Shown: positions 54,572-64,000 of the stretch, piece after piece
Numbering within the stretch: position 1 is the stretch's first letter
Layout: every line of letters starts with the position of its first letter
Made by a program: the position numbers and the translations under genes
Assembly (NCBI RefSeq): GCF_006345805.1
Contig: NC_042997.1
Span: 27,776,001-27,840,000, forward strand
Direction of reading: 5' to 3'
Length of the DNA: 64,000 nucleotides
From: Octopus sinensis
Lineage: Eukaryota
Notes under the pieces: generated by a model
The model's database searches: none
What the model saw: the letters and a program-made list of their open reading frames with translations, nothing else
What the model was told of the DNA's origin: nothing

Positions 54572-55063
54572 TGTATACATATATGCATACATATATGTAT
54601 CTATATATATATGTGCGTATATATATATATGTATTTATGTATGTCTGTATGTATGTAGGCATGTATGTAGGTAGGTATGTTTTTATGTACTTATTTTTGT
54701 ATGTATATGTAAGAATTTCTATGCACATATGCTTACATACAAAGACACATATACAAGCGCACACGTATACATGCACGCACTTACATATGTCTGCAAGAAA
54801 TTTCTAATATTTTTATCCGAGATCCGTTAGAGGTTGCTTGAAATACTTTTTCCAATATTGAATTATATCTATCACATTTGTATGCATTTGCTATGTTTTT
54901 GCTTTCTTTCCGTTTGTTTCACGAACTGGCTTTAAAAAATTTGACTATTATTCTTTTATGAATTCAGTCTCTCAACAATTCTTTTTTTTTTTTCAGCCTG
55001 CAATATTTACTCTTTTGTATTTTAAGTACCGTTTTGATATTCGGCATCCAAAATATTGTTTAG

Positions 55064-57055
55064 GTTGTTCAACACTTGTTTTCGAACATTTCCCCATTGT
55101 TTACAACATGGCATAATTTCTGATTATGGGTCAGTCACTTGTTTTTGGGCTTTTAACATGATTTGTTAGTTGATTTTTTTTTTTTGAAAAACGCACATAT
55201 TTAGTCTTATCTGTTTAGAACAGAGGCATTCGTATGAAAGTACGCCTCTTCTTGTATGTAAATTGCAAAATTTAAAAGTAAGATTTTGCCAGGAATCCAG
55301 TTTACAACACACCATTATGATTGGCTTTGTATTTTCTTTTGCACTTATCATGCGATGCAAAGTTTACCTAGACAGAAAAAAATATTGGAACCTGTCTGAG
55401 TCGATTGGTATGTTGAGGCTGCTATCTTGGCCACCAAACGTGTTGTTTGCAATGTAACAGTATTTTATTGAATTGGTATTAATTTCGTATGCTACAAATA
55501 TGTCGTCAGGAAATTCAAGGGAAAATAAACAACACGATGCGTGAGATACCAAAGCATTAAGGAGAAAGTATTTCTTTGAAATACTTTTGTACTAAATTAA
55601 ATTGAAAGAATAACAGATAATTAAAAAAATATATTAGAGCATAATCAATAAAATGTTAAAATGAATTAAACGCACTTAAAATATTTTAAAAGGATAAAAA
55701 TATAAACAATTTAAAGCATTTAATATATAGAAATTTGATAGAATAAATTTATCTTCTTGAAAACATTATACGCAGTAAATTAAGTAAAGCAAAATTTAAA
55801 ATACAATAATATATAATGAAAGCTACTAGAGTAAATGAGAAAATGGATTATTACTGTAAATTTCTATACACTTTATTGGATATTTTTAAGGATGTTTTAT
55901 TTTCTGTATGTTCACTTCCCCACTTTCATTATGCAACATTCGATATAAAAGTATGTTATTTACAACTTAGCACAAGAACACTCCTACTGGCTGTAACTTT
56001 TAATGTAATACATAATTCTTCCACACATACATACATACATACTTACACATACACACACACTCAAACACACGCACGCACACAAATGTATATGTGATCTCTG
56101 AAATCCCTCTATATTGACGCGTATTGATACAATAATATGTGTCCATAGCTATTCTCTTGTCCCCAGACAATTGAATTGTTTTTTGGTTTTTCATAATGAA
56201 GTACCAATTTAAAAGAATTCTTGATTCTTGAGTTTATCAATCCTTCTTATTTGAAGTTAGGTCATGTTTGTTAAGGAGCCATTTTTTTTTTACTATTCCT
56301 TGAAGTTAAGAAATTTCAATACATTAGATTCTGTCTTCTGCGCTACAAGATAACAGGAGTAGATCCCTTTATCGTCCGTACTGTACGGATGTATGCAACT
56401 GCCCGCGCTTAGTTATTTCTGTTAGCTAATGTTCTTTTTCTTTATGGTTATTGGCCAGTCCATGAATGAGTTCTATTATTTTTACACATTTCTAAGTGCC
56501 CATTCTTCTGAAAATAAGATAAGGGTAATTGAGCTGATGACGCCTATTGATGCAGAACAACTTACTCTCAGCTATCCTCTTGTCTCCAGACAATCAGACT
56601 TTCATTTTCCTTATTGGCATGTCCGTTCTGGAAACTCTTCAGTCTTGAGATTATCTAGCACTCATTTGAAGTTGGTACCAGTTATGTCAAAGCTATTGTT
56701 CAAACATACCTGCAAACAGAAATAATATCAATAAATCATCAATCAACAATCTCTCTTATATGATAAGTGCAAAAGAAAATACAAAAATACAAAGACAATC
56801 ATAATGGCGTGTTGCAAACTAGATTCCTGGCAAAATCTTGTTTGCAAATTTTGAAATTTACATCCAGGAAATGGTGTACTTTCAGACGAATGCTCCAGTT
56901 CTAAACAGATATGATAAAATATATACGTTTTCCAAAAGAAAACAACTAACATAACATTATGTTAAAAACACAAAAACAAGAGACTGATCCATAATCAGAA
57001 ATTATGTCCATGTTGTAAACAATGGAGAAATGTTCGAAAAGAAATGTTGAACAAC
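55064..57055. repeat. Long inverted repeat (~290-bp arms) enclosing 1.4 kb
   Basis: 55064-55351 vs 56760-57055 reverse complement; the ORF track independently shows RFCQESSLQH on opposite strands (55263+ and 56743-). Confidence 0.9.
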
Positions 57056-57187
57056 ATGTTTATAGTTGTTAATCAAATATATGATACCGACAACTTTCAT
57101 CTATTTCTCTTAACTCATTTCACTTCAAATGTTCACATACATAAACTACAAAAAATTATGTACATATTTATGCGTATGCGAGTGCAC

Positions 57188-57239
<52 letters not shown>

Positions 57240-57674
57240 ATATGGATATATGCATACATATATGCCAAAAAATCTCTCTTAACTAGAAACCCTTGCATAT
57301 GTATTATTGTAGCCATAATTAAATCACAAAGAAGATCAATCATACAATATCAATGTATGATATATAAAAATAGCAAAACACATCATGATCCGTTTAAAGA
57401 AACGCTTAACAGGTTAATCCCTACGATTGGCAAGATAACTTAGAACAACGACATCACAAGATATAAAAGATTGATAGACATTAAGCATATCAAACGCACT
57501 CTGTCATCACCAGCCCTTATTAACATTGGATATTATTCTTTAGTTTGACACCCGAGCAATGCCATTCAATTTGTCTGTTTAAGCAGCGTTAAAACATCAA
57601 CATAGAAATAACATACAACAGAGAAACAGCATAATATGTCCATTACGTGTACACCTACTTAATATTACAAATAC

Positions 57675-57874
57675 AGCCAGGCAAAGCGCTTAGTGGTACT
57701 TCGTCCGTCTTTATGCTCTGAGTTCAAATTTCGCTGAGGTCGATTTTATCCTTCACCCTTCCGGAGTCGATAAAACAAGTGCCTACTGAATCTTGGAGTC
57801 GATGCAATCGAGTTACTTCCTCCTCCCCAACCGAAATTACTGGCCTTGTTTCAAACTTCAAGCATTATATCTCC
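57675..57874 (+). mobile_element. SINE family C, decayed (C2-type tail)
   Basis: GCTTAGTGGTACTTCGTCCGTCTTTATGCTCTGAGTTCAAATTTCGCTGAGGTCGA..GGAGTCGATAAAACAAGTGCC..GTCGATGCAATCGA. Confidence 0.8.
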
Positions 57875-58690
57875 GTCATAAATAGTTCTATACGTATAGC
57901 TACAAAGCTTAGAATTTCGAAAATACTACATATAAGACAGAAATATCTGGAAAAAAGTTATTGCGAAACTAATTATTACAGAATTATATCGCACTAGTGA
58001 ACTAAGCGCATTATTTAATGAAACTAGCTGAAAACTTATTCCCTCTACATAACACAGAAGACAATAATAATAATAACTTATGAAATAACCAGAATAAAAC
58101 TACAAACATATGGATTAATTAAATAATGCAAGAAAATAATCATTGCCACATCAAAATCTATATCATATATTTACAAAATGAAATCATAATTAAAACGAAC
58201 AGAGCATGAAGTAGTGGAACCCATATATTGCTTTAACTATCAATCTGGAATCGTCCTAATACAGCGCGACGGGAGAATAAACCAGCTAAGATCAGTATCA
58301 ATTAATTATAAATCTAAATCGTAGAAAATGAATTTGAATGGATATTTTATCGAAAAACATAATTGATACACGATTATATGAAAATAGCTAAAAGCTAAAG
58401 CGTCCAATATCATACATAAACCGTGAAAACGAAAGTTAAGTCGATCTAATTGTAAACGAACGGCATAGCATCATTTAATCATCAGGCCTTTAATCCCACG
58501 TACCACCTGAACACCTAAATAGTTAGCCTCTACTGAGTCAGCAGGCCTCGCACTTCATGCAAACTTTTAATCAAATGTGTCTTATAAAAAAGAGTTAAAT
58601 GAGATACCTGCTCTAAATATAGTGGTTAATGTTATTTTAGAAAAGATTGAAAGGAAATAGGGACGCAAGAATTAGAAGCAGAATATTTGT

Positions 58691-58811
58691 TGCATTATTT
58701 ATGTTATATACATTTGACGGATATTTGTCCTCATCTGCTTTGTTGATAACAACGTTTCGCCTGATGTACTCTCCATCCTTCATCAGGTGTCCAAGGGAAA
58801 TTTCGAACCTG
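58691..58811 (-). mobile_element. Module E copy with hammerhead core
   Basis: Minus strand CAGGTTCGAAATTTCCCTTGGACAC-CTGATGA-AGGATGGAGAGTACATCAGGC-GAAA-CG-T-T-GTT; core intact, stem II has two mismatches. Confidence 0.85.
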
Positions 58812-58865
<54 letters not shown>

Positions 58866-59420
58866 GAGTGAGAGAGCAGTTCATGCCACCAAAGTGACAC
58901 TGGGGTAAAATATACGAAGCCCAATATACCCATCATGACTACCCGTCTGATAAGGGTACACCAGGCACATGCATCACAACCATATGTGCGCGACATGGTG
59001 ATCTCATATCAAGATAAACAGCGCATGACGTTGCAGGTGGGGCCCAGTTAGAATTTTCTTCTGGTCGAGTAACCCATCCCGCTCAAACGGTCCCTGAATA
59101 AGGGTTGTTTAAGGATGTTGAAAGAACCACCCATGTTTCCAGAGGTGAATTATTCAAACCCCAAAGAATCCCTCTCAACACATGGCTATGATGCTCCCCC
59201 ACTACTTCTGCTCGTGATCAGAGAGGCACATATCGTCAGCCACTAAGGGGCATGCTCAACTGGTTAAGGTCAAATAACTGACAAGCAAATCTGTGGTATT
59301 GAGCAGAATATTTGCTGTAGCCCATCTTTTATACCAAGACAAAACAATGTACATGATAACACTTCCAATCAATTAAGATCAGAAGCCATGAGAGCCACTG
59401 CATGGTACTGCATCAGGGCA
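58866..59420 (-). mobile_element. Element D, second copy (555 bp), between (ATT)n tracts
   Basis: Reverse complement of 35730-36284. Confidence 0.9.
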
Positions 59421-59442
59421 TATTATTATTATCATTATTATT

Positions 59443-59505
59443 GGTAGTGGTTAAGAGCGCAGGTTACTAGTCCCAAGATTCCGAGTTCGATGCCAGGAAG
59501 TGACT

Positions 59506-59507
<2 letters not shown>
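59443..59507 (+). mobile_element. tRNA-like SINE head (type F) followed by (AAT)n
   Basis: GGTAGTGGTTAAGAGCGC (A box) ... GAGTTCGATGCC (B box) then GAAGTGACTTG(AAT)n. Confidence 0.75.
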
Positions 59508-59592
<85 letters not shown>

Positions 59593-59594
<2 letters not shown>

Positions 59595-59978
59595 AGGAAA
59601 AATTGCTTTCTAATTGATGTATCGATACCGGCAGATGACAACGTGTCTCTAAAAGAAATGGAGAAACTTTCAAAATACAAAGACCTGGAAATAGAGGTAA
59701 CCAGAATGTGGAATCCAAAAACAGAAACAATCCCTATCATAGTAGGTGCCTTACGCATGATAAAAAAATATTCAGACAAATACACAACAAAAACACTAGG
59801 ACTTACAAACACATATAACATACAGAAAATTGCACTACTAGGCACTGCACACATCCTACGCAGAACACTTTCCATGCAATAACCATCAGAGCATCACAAC
59901 AAATCACAGCATATACCCAAGGCACACAGAGCTGCGCTCGGTAGTGAAGTGAATGCTCGCTATAAAAATAAAACTACT
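59593..59978 (+). mobile_element. 5'-truncated R4/Dong-like LINE (RLE C-terminus plus 3' UTR) inserted in (AAT)n
   Basis: Open frame EGKNCFLIDVSIPADDNVSLKEMEKLSKYKDLEIEVTRMWNPKTETIPIIVGALRMIKKY..IQKIALLGTAHILRRTLSMQ* (stop ends at 59882), ~95-bp UTR, (AAT)n on both sides. Confidence 0.93.
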
Positions 59979-60001
59979 AAATAATAATAATAATAATAAT
60001 G

Positions 60002-60070
<69 letters not shown>

Positions 60071-60081
60071 GTAATAACAAC

Positions 60082-60212
60082 AACATCAGAAAATACCTGA
60101 GGAATGAGAACCCAGGTTCGGATTTCCCACAGGAGTCCTGATGAAGCCTGGTGGCTATATCAGCCGAAATGATGCGTTAACAACAAACAAAATGAGGTCA
60201 TATTCTGTTCAG
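60082..60212 (+). mobile_element. Module E copy with decayed hammerhead core
   Basis: AACATCAGAAAATACCTGAGGAATGAGAACCCAGGTTCG..CTGATGA(60138-60144)AGCCTG..CAGCCGAAATGATGCGTTAACAAC. Confidence 0.85.
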
Positions 60213-60541
60213 TATACAAATATACGTATACACACACTCACGCGCGCGCACACACATACACAACACGCACACGCACGCACGCACGCGGGCACACATGCAT
60301 ACACACACATACACACATATATACAAATGTAGATAAATATGTAGGATATGTGATAAACGTGTATTTGTATGTATGTATGCATGTATGTATGTATATATGT
60401 ACATATGTATACATATACGTATATTTACCTATATGAATGTGTGTTTCTATGTATTTATGTATCTATGTATACATATATATGCCTATACGAGACTGTCTGC
60501 CTGTCTGTCCGTCTATGTATGTATGTATGTATGTATGTATG

Positions 60542-60591
<50 letters not shown>

Positions 60592-61020
60592 GTAATTTGA
60601 TTAAAATTGAAGGTGATAGTTTGTAGAGATTCACCCCAGAAAGAGGAAGAGCGGGTATTATTTTTGCATAGTAATACGGGCAAAAATGAAAATTTAAGCT
60701 TTTAAGGTTATTGTGTAGGATGTGCGGATATATTGTGACACCGTTTAGATACATCAATGGTTATATAATATCTAGCCTGATTTTCTTGTCAGCAGAATTT
60801 GTTAAGTCGGTTAGTTTTGAAAGAAATGTAGGATATGCCTGAAGAAGTAGTGTGCTTTTAAAAACTTTTTAAATTCGACAATGTTTAATTGTTATTTTGA
60901 TTAGCAAAAATGTTTAGTCCGACCAATAAATGAATAGGATAAACTGGGTTGTCTTCTTTGCTAATAATAACAATGTTGTTAGCGAGTGAAAAACAATCAG
61001 GTGGGAAAGAATATTTGAAA

Positions 61021-61250
61021 GCGGCGAGCCGGCAGAAACGTTAGCGCGCCGGGCGAAATGCTTAGCGGTATTTCGTTTGTCGCTACGTTCTGAGTTCAAA
61101 TTCCGCCGAGGTCGACTTTGCCTTTCATGCTTTCGGGGTCGATTAAATAAGTACCAGTTACGCACTGGGGTCGATATAATCGACTTAATCCGTGTGTCTG
61201 TCCTTGTTTGTCCCCTTTGTGTTTAGTCCCTTGTGGGCAATAAAGAAATA
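61021..61250 (+). mobile_element. SINE family C, full length (tail C1, best copy)
   Basis: GCGGCGAGCCGGCAGAAACGTTAGCGCGCC (A-box-like) ... GAGTTCAAATTCC (B box) ... GGCAATAAAGAAATA. Confidence 0.93.
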
Positions 61251-61399
61251 GGTAAATAATATTCGAAATGGTAATTTTCTAAAGTTAATTATCAAAGAAT
61301 TAAACTAAGCAAAAATCATTTACTGTGACCTGCAATAAGTCTGGAAAAGAGTTGTTGCTATAATAACTGTTTCTGATTCAGGTACAAACCAGCGTCTTA

Positions 61400-61781
61400 A
61401 AATGGCGTCGGTATTTGTTTTATCAAAGCCGGGAAAGTAACATGTCGGATTGATATCGGCAGGATTCGAACTCAATCAGAATGTTAAGAGCCAAACAAAA
61501 TATCTCAAGGTATTTATTCAGAGGATTTAATGCCTCTGCAACATCACTGCTTTTCGCTTTTCGTCGTAATAATAGTTTCACGATTTGGCACAAAACCACT
61601 AGTTGTAAGAAATGGTGTAAGTCGATCACATCGTTCTCAGCAGTACCTATTTAGTCGACCTCAAAATGTTGAAATGAAAGTCGACCTCGGCAAAATTTGA
61701 ATCCCGAACATGAAGAGGCGGAAGAAATCCCGCTAAGTATTTTGTTCAATGTGTAAAGAAGTCTACGAGCTCGCTGCTTCA
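61400..61781 (-). mobile_element. Two decayed family C copies in tandem, convergent on the 61021 copy
   Basis: GATATCGGCAGGATTCGAACTC..AGAATGTTAAGAG (~61450-61490) and GAAAGTCGACCTCGGCAAAATTTGAA..CCCGCTAAGTATTTTG..GAGCTCGCTGC (~61675-61778). Confidence 0.7.
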
Positions 61782-62636
61782 CTTATATTACTGATTGGAA
61801 ATTTATAATAACCACCATGATAACATCCTTCATATAACACATACATCTTACTTTACGAAAGAATGAAACTATGCAGAATTCTCAACTTAAAATGTAATAA
61901 ATAGTACATGTAAATATAACTGTGTATTCAATCTAGATTTTACCTCGGGTTCACATAAAACATCCATTAAGCAACAGGTTCCTGAATATATTCTCTCGTA
62001 ACAAGTTGAGAATCAACTTTAACACAGTCAACATACAAGACATCTCAACGTCTTACTAATTCTAAGAAACTTAGCGTAATCATTGGTAATAGTAACAAAC
62101 GAAATCGTTCAAAAACAGTAAGAGAATTTTCAAAACAAGTTCAAAACTTATAATTTAACCAAATGTAGAAATAAAAAAGATGCAATATAACTTTTTTTAT
62201 GATTCGTTGCGAGATACATCATTTGTTTATTTCAAAACCATGTAGTTATTTAAAAATAATTAGTAAACTCTATGGAAAATATGGCATAAAGAGATCCATT
62301 TTGTACATATTTTTGAATCTGATATCAAACACTATTTTCATGGCATAAAGAAAGAAATAGGCAAACAAATTAGCTCTTGAAAATTATATAAATTGATTCA
62401 CATGTTACTTCAAAAATTGCGATCAATAACTTTGTTGATATGGTATTTTGGTTTTTGTTTCGGAAAAACCAGTGAAACATTCAAGTATATAATAGTTGTT
62501 GTATTCTGTGACATAATATCTCATCTACGTCAACGGAAGCTTACATACAATATATATAATTTAAATCACGCTAGACTTTATGTCTATGTAAACGCGGCAC
62601 GCACACACATATACACACATACATAATACATACCAC

Positions 62637-62678
<42 letters not shown>

Positions 62679-63092
62679 TATATATATACATACATACTAC
62701 ACACATACATACAAACATACATACATACACACACACATACATATATAGTTAACTGTTCTGTTGAGACGTACGCTACTCAGTGAGAGATAAACAGCATCTA
62801 ATGTAGGCTGTCTTAGAAAAACGGCTGATAGTATCTTGCTATTGTTACACGTTGTTGGCCTGACTTTTATAACGTGGCTTATCCAGCATGCTGAATTTTG
62901 AATACAACCAACTATATACCCAGAGATTATATGCTGGGAATACGTGCTGGGAGACACAAGTCGCATTATAAGCATCTAATTAACCACGTGTCTCAACGTC
63001 AAGAAAATATTAGTGGTTCTTACTTTAATAGGGCACGCAGGAGATGATATATATATATAGAGAGAGATATATGTATGTGTGTTTGTGTATGT

Positions 63093-63150
<58 letters not shown>

Positions 63151-63152
<2 letters not shown>

Positions 63153-63385
63153 AGGCGCAATGGCCTAGTGGTTAGGGCAGCGGACTTGCGGTCGTAGGAT
63201 CGCGTTGTGTGTGTTTATTGAGCGAAAACACCTAAAAGCTCCACGAGGCTCCGGCAGGGGGTGGTGATCCCTGCTGTACTCCTTCACCACTCTTTCTCTC
63301 AGTCTTTCTTCAGTTAGCCTGCTCGCTTAGCCAGCGGGGTGGCGTCATTCGAAGGCTAAATCAATGCGAACGCAGCGATATGTCT
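63151..63385 (+). mobile_element. SINE family B, B1 head (B box deleted) with alternative tail 2
   Basis: Collinear with 4928 up to TCTTTCTTC, lacks GTTTCGATTCCCAGACCGGGCG, then continues TTAGCCTGCTCGCTTAGCCAGCGGGGTGGCGTCATTCGAAGGCT. Confidence 0.85.
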
Positions 63386-63481
63386 TCCCGTGTAGGTGAA
63401 CCACGATTTGTTAAATTGTTAAATTGTTGAATTTTCGTCGCCGTTTTTGCCTGTTTTTATAAAATTGTTTCTTCCCCATTT

Positions 63482-63960
63482 ATGGGAGAAGTGGAGAAAA
63501 GAGGAGAGATGGAGCTTGCCGAAATTTATGCATCCGCAACAACACAAGGTATAAATACCAACACCCTTGGAGTACACGAGATAAAGATAGAGCCAAAGAA
63601 ATGGAAGTAAGGAACCAAATTGTTAGAAAAGGAAAGGATCCGTTTAAGGCTGACTCCTCCAGAAGAATTGATAAGCAATGTGGCAAAGAGGACGGCGGTG
63701 CACAGAACGTTGTCCACGTCCTCTAAGAAGATAGAGGTTGCACCAATAGAGGCAATAGAGGAGTGCCTCGAAAACCTAAAGAGGCTGACCACTTTTTATA
63801 CAGGTGGAAGGGAGTACGGTACAGTCGAGGTAAGGTTTGGCAACGAAGAAGACGCTATAAGCCACTCCACTGCCGATAAGAACACCGGAATGAGTACTTC
63901 TGCCAACGTACTATGGCAAACGCGTCGCTAGGGTAAGAATTGACAGAGTGCCCCCGAAAT
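63482..63960 (+). mobile_element. Frameshifted ORF1-like fragment of an L1/Tx1-group LINE (inferred)
   Basis: MGEVEKRGEMELAEIYASA.. /fs/ ..IEAIEECL..GREYGTVEVRFGNEEDA.. /fs/ ..LLPTYYGKRVARVRIDRVPP, an RRM-like ORF1 pattern; truncated by (TA)n. Confidence 0.5.
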
Positions 63961-64000
63961 ATATATATATATATATATAATTTGTTTAGGGGAAACGTTT

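Noticed and set aside
59443-59507. Intact tRNA gene here or at the SINE heads (4928, 8988, 63151)
   Set aside because: A and B boxes are present but there is no complete cloverleaf, acceptor stem or terminator; these are SINE heads.

Overview
AT-rich, repeat-saturated animal genomic DNA, intergenic or deep intronic. From familiarity with the repeat families it looks like an octopus genome; this is an inference, not a database result. I found no intact host protein-coding gene, tRNA/rRNA gene or CRISPR array, and almost all long ORFs in the track are microsatellite read-throughs. The window holds: three families of tRNA-derived SINE-like repeats (about 20 copies); four Tc1/mariner families (one near full length); decayed CR1-like, R4/Dong-like (RLE) and L1/Tx1-like LINE fragments; Helitron remnants; and five long inverted repeats. 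The most notable signal is eight minimal type-I hammerhead-ribozyme-like motifs with palindromic stem III, in four unrelated sequence families. These are two (TA)n-embedded fold-back elements with a U3-A8 core variant on each arm, three copies of a (AAT)n-linked tail module (one apparently behind a tRNA-like head), and one solo decayed motif. (AAT)n tracts also act as a landing pad for a Dong-like LINE and for an unclassified 555-bp non-coding element.
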